Below, piece by piece: positions 25,937 through 34,420 of a stretch of 64,000 nt of DNA. Below the pieces are notes generated by a model. The model did no database searches. It saw nothing but the letters and a program-made list of their open reading frames with translations, and was not told the DNA's origin. How positions within the stretch are numbered: position 1 is the stretch's first letter; each line of letters begins with the position of its first letter. Source of the stretch: Parcubacteria group bacterium Gr01-1014_3 (GTDB lineage Bacteria > Patescibacteriota > Minisyncoccia > UBA6257 > WO2-44-18); NCBI GenBank assembly GCA_007376445.1, contig VMGF01000001.1:21802-85801 (forward strand). Direction: 5' to 3'. The position numbers and the translations under genes are program-made.

Positions 25937-27166
25937 TTAAGGTATAAACACTTTAAAAATCTTCTTCAGCCAGTCGAACTTCATGCCGCCGCTGGAATCC
26001 TCGCCGGTCATTTTGTCTTTTCCCCAAAGCACGAGGCCGAAAGCGCAGGCCATCTCCGGATCTTCCGATCGGGAAATTAATTCCGCGTTTTGAACTTCGA
26101 ACTCGGAGGTATTAGGGAAACCGACCTGCACACTCAAGCGCAGTTCCTGTTTCGCTAAGTCTACGATGCCGGGGAGCTTCGAACCGCCACCAAGCAGGAT
26201 CGCTCCTGCCGGAAGACGGGCTGATTTGCCAATGTGTTTCAATTCATTATTAACGAATTCCATTATTTCCGCAAATCGGGCCTCCAATATCTCGGAAATG
26301 AACCTCCGAGTCACCGCGTTCTTTGCCACCGGGTCATATTTTGTGAGATCCACCTGCTCCCTGGCCGGCACATCTTTGGCGGTCGCGGAACCGAGCGTGA
26401 GCTTGATATTCTCCGCGGCTGGGATCGAAGTCTTTAAGCCGATCGCGAGGTCGTTGGTGGCATGGCCGGAACCAACCGGCGAGACCGCGGTATGTAAAAG
26501 TTTATTTTCTTCGTAGATACTGACACCTGTTTTTCCAAAACCGATATCGATGGTTACCACGCCTAGATCCCGCTGATTACGCGAAAGCACCGAGCGGCTG
26601 ACCGCCAACGGATTGAATATCAAGCTGGAGATACTACCGCCCGCGCCTTCCACGCAACGCATTAAGTTTTTAATGCCGGGAGCGAGCGCGTCGATGATCA
26701 AACTGCTGACCTCCAAGCGGCTGCCGATCATACCCAGCGGATCAGCGACGTCCACAATATCATCCACCACGAAAGCGCGGGTGACGGAGTGCACAATCAT
26801 CCGGTTGGCGGGAAGTTTGATGGCTTGCGAGGCATCTATCGCGCGATCGATGTCGTCTTTATGGATTTCCGAATCAGCGCGGGAAACGGCAACGATGCCC
26901 TTGGATAACTGTGAACGAAAATCCGTGCTGGCCACGCCAAGATAAATGTTTTTGTGAGCGCTCTTGGAAACTTGTTTCACTTCGGCAAACACCTGATTCA
27001 AAGCGCGCGTGGCTTCCGCCATATCTTCAACCACGCCACGCCGAAGACCGGCCGAAGGCATCTTCAGAATTTTCAAAAGAGATAACTGACCGTTTTTTTT
27101 GAGTTCGGCAACCACCGCCTTGATGCTGTGGGAGCCAACATCTAAACCAAGGATATGATTCTGCAT
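25937..27166 (-). CDS. ftsA: cell division protein FtsA
   Basis: actin-fold motifs ILGLDVGSHSIKAVV..., adjacent upstream of ftsZ. Confidence 0.9.
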   Translation of the reverse strand: MQNHILGLDVGSHSIKAVVAELKKNGQLSLLKILKMPSAGLRRGVVEDMAEATRALNQVFAEVKQVSKSAHKNIYLGVASTDFRSQLSKGIVAVSRADSEIHKDDIDRAIDASQAIKLPANRMIVHSVTRAFVVDDIVDVADPLGMIGSRLEVSSLIIDALAPGIKNLMRCVEGAGGSISSLIFNPLAVSRSVLSRNQRDLGVVTIDIGFGKTGVSIYEENKLLHTAVSPVGSGHATNDLAIGLKTSIPAAENIKLTLGSATAKDVPAREQVDLTKYDPVAKNAVTRRFISEILEARFAEIMEFVNNELKHIGKSARLPAGAILLGGGSKLPGIVDLAKQELRLSVQVGFPNTSEFEVQNAELISRSEDPEMACAFGLVLWGKDKMTGEDSSGGMKFDWLKKIFKVFIP

Positions 27167-27182
27167 CTATGTGTAAGAAAAA

Positions 27183-27650
27183 TTACTTCTGGATTCGCGC
27201 CAGCCGTGAAAGAATCTTTGCTTCTTCTTTCTCCATATTTATTCTATCATTTTTTTTATCGTGTAAATAGCCTAATAAATGCAAGAAGCCGTGGATCAGC
27301 AGGTACTGGAATGCCGTCGTAAAACTTAGGCATTTTTCCCGTTTAATTTGAGCCTGAAGACCAGGCAAATTGACCATATTCTCGAGATCACGCTCGATGA
27401 AGCTGGGATTAATATAAATCTCGCCTAATGGCGTAGCTTTGGACTTTCCGATCAGCGGAAAACCGGTCGGCGCTGGATATGACCAGACATTTTTCTTCAG
27501 GATCCTATCCGGCACCAAAACAATTTCTACCTGACCATTTTTCACTTTCTTATTGGAATTAAAAAAACGCGCCAAACCGGTGGCCGTTTTTTTAACCAGA
27601 CTGCGGAGTCTGGATGCCTTCGGATCTAATATCTCGACAACGACTTTCAT
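27183..27650 (-). CDS. ybeY: rRNA maturation endoribonuclease YbeY
   Basis: HGFLHLLGYLHD metal-binding H3xH5xH motif. Confidence 0.85.
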   Translation of the reverse strand: MKVVVEILDPKASRLRSLVKKTATGLARFFNSNKKVKNGQVEIVLVPDRILKKNVWSYPAPTGFPLIGKSKATPLGEIYINPSFIERDLENMVNLPGLQAQIKREKCLSFTTAFQYLLIHGFLHLLGYLHDKKNDRINMEKEEAKILSRLARIQK

Positions 27651-27653
27651 CCC

Positions 27654-28103
27654 CTACTTCATCAATTCTTTTACGACCTCACCGATTATCGCGCCGTCCG
27701 CTTTTCCTTTCAGCTCTTTCATCACTTCACGCATAACCAAACCAAAATCCTTCCCCGCGTTTTTCGCGATCAGGTCTTTTACAATCGGAACAATTTCTTC
27801 TTTGCCCATCTGCTTCGGTAAATATTTTTGCAAGACTTCCAACTCGGCTTTTTCTTTCGCCGCCAGATCCGCCCGGCCACCGGCTTCAAAACTCAGAGCA
27901 GATTCCTTGCGCTTTTTTGCCTCGCTCATCAGAACTTCGGTAACAACTTCATCGGTCATCGTAAAATCAGGCTTCTTAGCCTTGAGATCGATTTCTTTAT
28001 TCCTTAAAGCAGAAATAATCATCCGGATAACGCCAAGAACATCCGCGTTACCGGCTTTCATCGCGGCTTTCATATCTTCCATCAACTGATCTTTTAGTGC
28101 CAT
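27654..28103 (-). CDS. GatB/YqeY domain protein
   Basis: MALKDQLMEDMKAAMKAGN...LQKYLP typical YqeY. Confidence 0.8.
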   Translation of the reverse strand: MALKDQLMEDMKAAMKAGNADVLGVIRMIISALRNKEIDLKAKKPDFTMTDEVVTEVLMSEAKKRKESALSFEAGGRADLAAKEKAELEVLQKYLPKQMGKEEIVPIVKDLIAKNAGKDFGLVMREVMKELKGKADGAIIGEVVKELMK

Positions 28104-28111
28104 GTAATTAG

Positions 28112-28190
28112 TTTATAAAGTTAAAAGTCGAAAGTCCATAAAGCGAGATGCCTTACGGACTTTATAGACTTTACGAACTTGCGACTTAGA
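28112..28190. repeat. AAAGTCCATAAAG repeat cluster (spacer yqeY / rpsU)
   Basis: aaagtcgaaagtccataaagcgagatgccttacggactttatagactttacgaacttgcgactt. Confidence 0.6.
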
Positions 28191-28401
28191 GTGTTCCCAT
28201 CTTTCGAGCTCGCTCGACTTCTTTCTTTTTAACTTCGCGATGGATCGCGGAAACACGCCGCTTGTTGCGGTTAATCGTTCTTCCGGAAAATCGGCGCTTT
28301 TTTGCTTCGCGCAAAACTCCGCTTTGCTGCATTTTCTTGGTAAAGCGGAACATCAAAGCTCCGATGGATTCGCCGTCTTTTTTGCGTACTTCAATAGACA
28401 T
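28186..28401 (-). CDS. rpsU: 30S ribosomal protein S21
   Basis: basic 71 aa protein, RKMQQSGVLREAKKRRF...KRR pattern. Confidence 0.85.
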   Translation of the reverse strand: MSIEVRKKDGESIGALMFRFTKKMQQSGVLREAKKRRFSGRTINRNKRRVSAIHREVKKKEVERARKMGTL

Positions 28402-28464
28402 AGTGGTTATACTACATCAAAATGAATTCATTGGCAATAGCCGAACTCGGAATCCGAACACAAA

Positions 28465-28600
28465 TGTTAATTTCCAATTTTAAATTTTTAATTTTAAATT
28501 AAATCAAAATGAGAAAATGTTAAAAAATTTATTCATTAATTCATTCAATTAAAACTTAAAATTTATAATTTAAAATTATTCCATTTTAGCTTAGAATTTG
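28465..28600. repeat. AT-rich AATTTTAAATT repeat island (operon spacer rpsU / HIT)
   Basis: tandem degenerate units ttccaattttaaatttttaattttaaatt...; same family at 28931-29026, 30340-30456, 38170-38265, 50692-50806, 51670-51755, 37255-37300. Confidence 0.7.
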
Positions 28601-28605
28601 TGTAT

Positions 28606-28929
28606 TTAAGGTTGTGGCCAGCCACCCAAAAGATGCAGATGTAAGTGGTCGATTACCTGACCACCCTCCCGTCCTACATTAAAAACGAGCTTATAACCCT
28701 TTAAATCGAACTTTGCCGCCAGATCTTTCGCCGCGTAGATCAGACCGGCCAAGAGCTCCTTATGATTGCCCTCCAGGTGAGCGATAGATTGAATGTGCTC
28801 TTTTGGGATAACTAGATAATGAACCGGTGCGGATGGCCGGATGTCTTTAAAAGCCATTAAACTCTCGGTCTCCATTGCCAGTTCAGCGGGAATTTCTTTT
28901 TTCGCAATTTTACAGAAGACACAGTCCAT
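28606..28929 (-). CDS. HIT family (histidine triad) hydrolase
   Basis: GGQVIDHLHLHLLGG HIT motif. Confidence 0.85.
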   Translation of the reverse strand: MDCVFCKIAKKEIPAELAMETESLMAFKDIRPSAPVHYLVIPKEHIQSIAHLEGNHKELLAGLIYAAKDLAAKFDLKGYKLVFNVGREGGQVIDHLHLHLLGGWPQP

Positions 28930-28930
28930 G

Positions 28931-29026
28931 AAAATTTTAAATTTCCAATTTTAAATTTTAATTTAATTTTTTAATTTATGAATTTTATAATTCATTTAAA
29001 ATTAAAAATTTAGAATTTAAAATTAC
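28931..29026. repeat. AT-rich AATTTTAAATT repeat island (spacer HIT / hisS)
   Basis: aaattttaaatttccaattttaaattttaatttaatttttt... Confidence 0.7.
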
Positions 29027-30319
29027 TTAGTGCATCTTCCGTTTAATGGCCGCGACTATTTTCTTAAGTGGCACGGTCTCTTGGGCGCCAGTTTTCATAT
29101 CGCGAATAATGATGGACTGCTCAAACGCTTCTTTCTGACCAAAGATCAGCGAAAGCGGCGCCTCGAACTTATTGGCCGTGCGAAGTTGCGCGTTCAAAGA
29201 ATCCTTGCCGAGCTGTTCCATGACATCAATCCCCGCTTCCCTTAATTCTTCGATCAAAACTAAACTTCGTTTTTTAGCGGTGTCCCCGATGTGAATTAAA
29301 AAGATCTTCGGACGAACACGATTACCCAGCGAAATCTCTTTCGTCTTCATCACCTCGATAATCCGTTCAAGACCCATGGCCCCACCGACACCCGGCGACT
29401 GCCGTCCTCCCATTAACTCAATAAGATAGTCATAACGTCCGCCGGCGCCAAGCGCGAAATCAAATCCCTCGGCAAAGATCTCAAAAACCGTTTTGGTGTA
29501 ATAATCGAAGCCGCGCACCAGAAGTGGATTGAGCATATATGGTAATTTCAACTCTTCCAGATACTCCAAAACTTTCTTGAAGTGCTTACGGCAATCACTG
29601 CAAAGATTATCGATAGTCTGCGGCGCTTCTTTTTTCAGCTCAACACATCCCGAAACCTTGCAATCCAAAAGCCGCATCGGATTGGTGTGAATGCGCCGCT
29701 TGCAGTCACCGCACAAAGATTTTTCTTTATTCTTATAATATTCCAGTAAATTTTTCCGGTAGATCGGGCGGCATTTGTTGCAACCAATACTGTTGATCTG
29801 TAAATTGATATTCTTGATCTTTAAATCATCCAGCGTGCGGTAGCAGGCCAGCATAGTCTGTACATCATAGACCGGATCGTTGTCAGAGCTGATTATCTCA
29901 AAGCCCGCCTGGTGAAACTGCCTGGTACGCCCAGCTTGCGGTTGCTCGTAGCGGAACATCGGACCTTCATACCAAAGCTTTAGTGGCTGACCAAGATGGC
30001 TCAGACCATGCTCGATGTACGATCGGACTATAGAAGCTGTTCCTTCAGGGCGAAGCACTACTTCATCCCCGCCCTTGGTTTTGAATGAAAACATCTGCTT
30101 TTCTACCACATCGGAAGTATCGCCCAGCGGCCGTTTAAATAATTCCAATTTTTCCATAACCGGAGTTTCGATCTTTAAAAAATTATAAAAGCCGGCGATT
30201 TCTTTGACGGCTTTCCGGATTCGGTCCCACCATGGCTGATCAGCCGGCAAAATATCGTTCATCCCTTTCAGGCTGGAGACCGGCTGTCTCTTCACTTTTT
30301 TCTGATCCTTTTTGGACAT
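29027..30319 (-). CDS. hisS: histidyl-tRNA synthetase
   Basis: LKGMNDILP N-terminus, class II motifs, RPEGTASIVR, anticodon-binding C-term; insertion domain unusually Cys-rich (4 CxxC-like pairs). Confidence 0.85.
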   Translation of the reverse strand: MSKKDQKKVKRQPVSSLKGMNDILPADQPWWDRIRKAVKEIAGFYNFLKIETPVMEKLELFKRPLGDTSDVVEKQMFSFKTKGGDEVVLRPEGTASIVRSYIEHGLSHLGQPLKLWYEGPMFRYEQPQAGRTRQFHQAGFEIISSDNDPVYDVQTMLACYRTLDDLKIKNINLQINSIGCNKCRPIYRKNLLEYYKNKEKSLCGDCKRRIHTNPMRLLDCKVSGCVELKKEAPQTIDNLCSDCRKHFKKVLEYLEELKLPYMLNPLLVRGFDYYTKTVFEIFAEGFDFALGAGGRYDYLIELMGGRQSPGVGGAMGLERIIEVMKTKEISLGNRVRPKIFLIHIGDTAKKRSLVLIEELREAGIDVMEQLGKDSLNAQLRTANKFEAPLSLIFGQKEAFEQSIIIRDMKTGAQETVPLKKIVAAIKRKMH

Positions 30320-30339
30320 ACAACTTTACTATTCTGATA

Positions 30340-30456
30340 GATTAAGAATTTATAAGCAAGTTTTTTGGAATTTTAAATTATAAATTTTTAATTTTAAATG
30401 AATTTTAAATTTTGAAATTAGTAATTAATTTAAAATTTATAATTTAAACTTTAAAA
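30340..30456. repeat. AT-rich repeat island (spacer hisS / lepB)
   Basis: ggaattttaaattataaatttttaattttaaatgaattttaaattttgaaatt... Confidence 0.7.
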
Positions 30457-31011
30457 TTATTCAACGCCTGGTCGGGAAATAATGCCAAGCTCTTTAACCG
30501 GTAAGAGGCGGGCCCTGACAATACCAACGATATATCTCCTCTCCAGCGGTCCCCAACTTCTTGAATCCAGGCTGTTCAAACGATTATCCCCCATCACGAA
30601 ATACTGATCCGGCCCGAGCACCGCTTCCACGCCACCGGTCGTAAAAGTATTCTCCGGAAGATATTTTTCGTTGAGGAAAATCTCCACGCCTTTGTTGAAA
30701 ACTTTAACTTCATTTTTTCTGACGGTTACTTTATCTCCCGGAATGCCGATAATTCTTTTAATAAAAAAAGTTTTAGGATCTTTAGGATACCGGTGCACGA
30801 TCACGTCGCCGCGCTCCGGCTCACCGAATCGATAAGTCAGTTCATCTACTATTAAATAATTGCCGTCGTAAAAGTTCGGCTCCATACTGGCGCCGCTCAC
30901 TAAAAATGGCTGGGCGATGAACTGGCGAATCAAAAACACCACGGCCGCCGAAACGATGACCACCTCCAGCACTTCCCAGACAGAAGATAAGAATTTCTTG
31001 AAGCCAACCAT
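30457..31011 (-). CDS. lepB: signal peptidase I
   Basis: GASMEPNF (Ser box), RIIGIPGDKV, YFVMGDNRLNSLDSR boxes. Confidence 0.85.
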   Translation of the reverse strand: MVGFKKFLSSVWEVLEVVIVSAAVVFLIRQFIAQPFLVSGASMEPNFYDGNYLIVDELTYRFGEPERGDVIVHRYPKDPKTFFIKRIIGIPGDKVTVRKNEVKVFNKGVEIFLNEKYLPENTFTTGGVEAVLGPDQYFVMGDNRLNSLDSRSWGPLERRYIVGIVRARLLPVKELGIISRPGVE

Positions 31012-31023
31012 TATATGGATATT

Positions 31024-31374
31024 TTACAATAAAATGAGCGTAAAAACTACTCCGCCGAAGGTGTCCAAAACTAGATCCAGTATGGTGTCAGGCAAAGTGA
31101 TCGTGCCCATCTTAAAGACTTTTTTGCGTAAACTCGGAACATTCCAAGCGATCCATTCCCAGATTTCCCACAAGAGACCTATCGCGAAAGTCGCCGCCAC
31201 GATCTCCCTTGGCTCTGAGAAAAAATTGCTGAAAAACATCGCCACGAAGAATCCTGCCGTGAAATGAGCGGCTTCAAATAACCAATAAACTTTCTCGTAG
31301 GGATACTTGGTACTGCCTATGGCGTAGGCAATGAAATAGACTGCCACGAGAGCGATAATGGAAATTACCAGCAT
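31024..31374 (-). CDS. small membrane protein (VanZ-like, uncertain)
   Basis: 4 TM, aromatic-rich. Confidence 0.45.
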   Translation of the reverse strand: MLVISIIALVAVYFIAYAIGSTKYPYEKVYWLFEAAHFTAGFFVAMFFSNFFSEPREIVAATFAIGLLWEIWEWIAWNVPSLRKKVFKMGTITLPDTILDLVLDTFGGVVFTLILL

Positions 31375-31390
31375 ATGCTAAAATAATACC

Positions 31391-31891
31391 ATGAATTCTG
31401 ACATCAAATTAATCATTGGCCTCGGGAATCCTGGAAGGAAATATGAAAACACCTACCACAGCGTTGGTTTTCTTTTTGTTGACTACTTGAAAGAAAACCA
31501 ACAAATTTTCAATTTTAAATTTTCAATTTTAAAATCTACCGAGTATATGAATAAGTCCGGAAAATTCGTCGCCGAAGCAGTAAAAAAAGAAGGTATTGAA
31601 TCGGAGGAATTATTGGTCGCTCACGACGACAGCGACTTAGAACTTGGAACTTATAAACTTCAGATAGGGCGTGGCGCGGGCGGTCATCATGGAGTGGAAA
31701 GCATTCAGCAACACCTTAAGACCAACGAATTTTGGCGATTGCGTATCGGCATCCGACCCTCGCCCTCCGAAGCTTCAACGAAGGATGGGCGCCACCTAAA
31801 AGCCGGGGAATTTGTGCTGAAAAAAATCTCTCCCGTAAATAAAAAAATCCTCGAAAAAGTTTTCGAGAAAATTGCGGAAGAATTGAAATAA
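31391..31891 (+). CDS. pth: peptidyl-tRNA hydrolase
   Basis: IIGLGNPGRKYENTYHSVGF, HDDSDLELGTYKLQIGRGAGGHHGVESI; segment QQIFNFKFSIL is encoded by the AT-rich repeat. Confidence 0.85.
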   Translation: MNSDIKLIIGLGNPGRKYENTYHSVGFLFVDYLKENQQIFNFKFSILKSTEYMNKSGKFVAEAVKKEGIESEELLVAHDDSDLELGTYKLQIGRGAGGHHGVESIQQHLKTNEFWRLRIGIRPSPSEASTKDGRHLKAGEFVLKKISPVNKKILEKVFEKIAEELK

Positions 31892-31920
31892 AAAAACCGG
31901 CTTAATGCCGGTTAAGAAAA
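31890..31920 (-). terminator. terminator of minus-strand gene 31921-32277
   Basis: rc ttaaccggcattaagccggttttttt. Confidence 0.55.
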
Positions 31921-32277
31921 TTAGATTCCGTGGTGGTCCAAAACGATGTGCGGGCCAACCGGTTTTACGGTTACCTTGGCGTTATTGAGAAGCGTCAGCC
32001 CCTCGCTCGGCGGAACCTTAGGCCATTTCTTGGCGAAGCGCTTGAGAAACAACGCGTCCGCGAGCTCCCGAGTCTCCTCGATGATCACCACCGGACCATG
32101 GCCGTCCTTGGGAACTTTCTGCTCATAAATAAAGACTTTGAGCCTGAGGATCATAACAGCAGCGCGAAGGAGAGTAGTCGAACGTTGCGCTCTCTTGTTT
32201 TCTTTGTCCACCCAATTAAGAAAAGACTTAGCCCTTTCAAGCTCTTCAAGCGTCATCTTTTTTAGTGGATCGCCCAC
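31921..32277 (-). CDS. hypothetical protein
   Basis: ORF with hairpin terminator 31890-31920 directly after stop. Confidence 0.5.
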   Translation of the reverse strand: MGDPLKKMTLEELERAKSFLNWVDKENKRAQRSTTLLRAAVMILRLKVFIYEQKVPKDGHGPVVIIEETRELADALFLKRFAKKWPKVPPSEGLTLLNNAKVTVKPVGPHIVLDHHGI

Positions 32278-32323
32278 AAAACCTCCTATAAATGATCTGG
32301 CCAGATTGTACGATAATTTTTCC

Positions 32324-33808
32324 TTATTGTCCAGTTACTTTAAAGCTCAAAGAAAAACTGAATCCTATGTCAGAATTCGGCTGAATATCGGAAAGCGGCA
32401 GGGCAACTTCGGAAAAGGCAGTGTCTTTGGAAAGCGCGTCTTTAAAGGCCACGATATTTTTTTCACTAGCCGCCTGCCCGTCGAATTTAGCGGTATCATT
32501 GGTCAGATTCAATTTTTCTATCGTAATACCATTGGCACGGGTTAAGCTCCGAATCTTATTGATCACCGGAGAAACCGGCCCCGCTTCACTTTCCGCCAAC
32601 GACACCAAGTTAACTAAGTTATTAAAACTCTCCGCCTCGGATCGTAGCCGCGAAATTTCTTCAATAGAAACTAGCGCGCTGCCGGTCAACGCCTGATCCG
32701 CCGTGCGCGCCTGAATGATAAAAGCGATATCGGTCGCGCCAAATGAAAGAGATAAAAATGCCAGAACACTCGCGAAAACCTTCCGCCAGCTTCTGATGAA
32801 GTTGATCCAGGTATGAATATAATAATTATTTCCAGTCTTTTTGGGATTCAAAGAAATCCCCTCGTCTTTATTGGGCGCAATATTTCCCCGCAAAGCCGCG
32901 CCAACGGACTGATACCATTTCGGCGAAAGATATGGAAAATCGTTAATTAGAATACTCTGCATCGGAATGCCTAGACCCAAAAGAAGATCAGTCAGCTTCT
33001 CGCTCGCGAATTCGCTGATCAGGATCAGCGCGGCCGGATTGCGCCCAAGGCTAGCTCCGCTTTCGGCGAAAAATGTGGAAATTTCTTTGAGTAAGCTGTC
33101 ATTCACCGCTTTTTCCATCAAAGTCTTACCGCCGACTTCCTGATAGATCCTCAGCCAGGAAAAATATTTCTGGCCGAAGAGATTGCCATCTCGTGTCAAA
33201 AGCATATCCAAGCCGTCATTCTTAACTAGAGCGATCGCGTACGCCTCGCCGGGCAGAAAACCGCCGCCATAATTACCCAAGAATCTGGAAATTGAAAGCC
33301 CGGCGAACTCTACCGCGCGGACGGTGAATCCGGCTTTATCCGCCACGTTCGCGAAGGAATCAATGATCTCTTTTCGCGCGTAAACGCCCAAAAAATCCAA
33401 GCGATGCTGGTCATCCGCTTTATCCAATATCTGATAATCGTGATAAGCCACGTCTATCGGCATTGGAGCGGCCATGTGCAAATTCAGCTTCGCCACCTCG
33501 TCCGGCTTGGATTTTTGCGTAACCGGTACGGCAAAATTCTTTGTCTGGATATAGTTCTGCGGAATCGTAAGAACGACATGCGAATCCCGATCGAAGTCCG
33601 GAATAAACGCCTGAAGTTTTTTCAAAGCGGCAATCAGCTGGTCCGGCTCTGCCACCGCTCCGCCAACCACCGTGCCAGGCAGAAGCGGCACCGCTTCATT
33701 GACCAGATAACTGCCAGACAGCTTGGAATACCGGATTTCATCTTCGGCGATCTCCAATCCCCCGGTCTCCGGAAACGGAGCAAAAAGTTTTTTTAAAATA
33801 CGTAGCAT
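32324..33808 (-). CDS. type IV pilus assembly protein, PilM-like N-terminal region fused to TM-containing C-terminal (PilN/O-like) region (tentative)
   Basis: actin-like ATPase-fold segments, central TM helix, genomic context next to prepilin gene; start at ATG 33808 with 43-nt upstream motif. Confidence 0.45.
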   Translation of the reverse strand: MLRILKKLFAPFPETGGLEIAEDEIRYSKLSGSYLVNEAVPLLPGTVVGGAVAEPDQLIAALKKLQAFIPDFDRDSHVVLTIPQNYIQTKNFAVPVTQKSKPDEVAKLNLHMAAPMPIDVAYHDYQILDKADDQHRLDFLGVYARKEIIDSFANVADKAGFTVRAVEFAGLSISRFLGNYGGGFLPGEAYAIALVKNDGLDMLLTRDGNLFGQKYFSWLRIYQEVGGKTLMEKAVNDSLLKEISTFFAESGASLGRNPAALILISEFASEKLTDLLLGLGIPMQSILINDFPYLSPKWYQSVGAALRGNIAPNKDEGISLNPKKTGNNYYIHTWINFIRSWRKVFASVLAFLSLSFGATDIAFIIQARTADQALTGSALVSIEEISRLRSEAESFNNLVNLVSLAESEAGPVSPVINKIRSLTRANGITIEKLNLTNDTAKFDGQAASEKNIVAFKDALSKDTAFSEVALPLSDIQPNSDIGFSFSLSFKVTGQ

Positions 33809-33819
33809 CCCGTTTTTTA

Positions 33820-33860
33820 TTCGCAATATTAATCTTTTATTTGTATATTAGCGATTACTT
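33820..33860 (-). promoter_or_regulatory. conserved 43-nt upstream motif, copy D (before pilM-like gene)
   Basis: TTCGCAATATTAATcTTTTATTTGTATATTaGCGATTACTt; 11 nt from ATG 33808. Confidence 0.55.
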
Positions 33861-34420
33861 TAAAGGTTCTTCGCGCTGGTATTACCAACTTCGTAAACAC
33901 TTTCATTGTCCCCGCCGTCAACGAACTCCACGTCATCGTCGCCATCTTTTTGATAGCGGGCACTTTCCATCTTGGCGTTGAATTCAAAAGAAAGATTGGT
34001 GGTGTTGCACCGGTAAGTATAAGCGTGCTCTGGGCTGTTGATCGGATCAACTGGCAATTCGGTGATCGGCGCGCCGCCGGGAATGTTGGTTAAGTTGATC
34101 GGCAGCCAACCGGTACCATCAACCATCACGCTGGTGCTGTTGAATTGACTGGGAGATCCGGAAAAATTCTCCACCGCGCCTTCCACTGAAGCCCAGAAAT
34201 TATCTTTGCAAATCCCCGCGCCATCGAGGTCCGGTTTTTTTAAAACGGCCAGATAAAGTGAAACCGCTTTTTTTAAAGTAGTCAGATCAGCGACTCTTTG
34301 GGCATCACGGGATTCCCGGAAGCGTTCTGCCGGATTTAACACGGCTAAAACCACCAGCGTAATGACCGCTAATATACCCACAACTACGCCAAACTCAACA
34401 AGCGTGAATCCGCGTCTCAT
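33860..34420 (-). CDS. type IV pilin / pseudopilin with prepilin-type N-terminal methylation motif
   Basis: MRRGFTLVEFGVVVGILAVITLVVL class III signal peptide. Confidence 0.7.
   Translation of the reverse strand: MRRGFTLVEFGVVVGILAVITLVVLAVLNPAERFRESRDAQRVADLTTLKKAVSLYLAVLKKPDLDGAGICKDNFWASVEGAVENFSGSPSQFNSTSVMVDGTGWLPINLTNIPGGAPITELPVDPINSPEHAYTYRCNTTNLSFEFNAKMESARYQKDGDDDVEFVDGGDNESVYEVGNTSAKNL

Noticed and set aside
28112-28190. GAAAGTCC considered as RNase P RNA P4 strand
   Set aside because: The motif is repeated in four spacer clusters together with its complement. No other RNase P conserved regions (GGGCAGG, ACAGAA, P4 3' strand) are nearby.
28465-30456. AT-rich repeat islands considered as CRISPR arrays
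   Set aside because: Units are degenerate, contiguous and not separated by unique spacers of uniform length. No cas genes are present. Identical units occur inside coding sequences.
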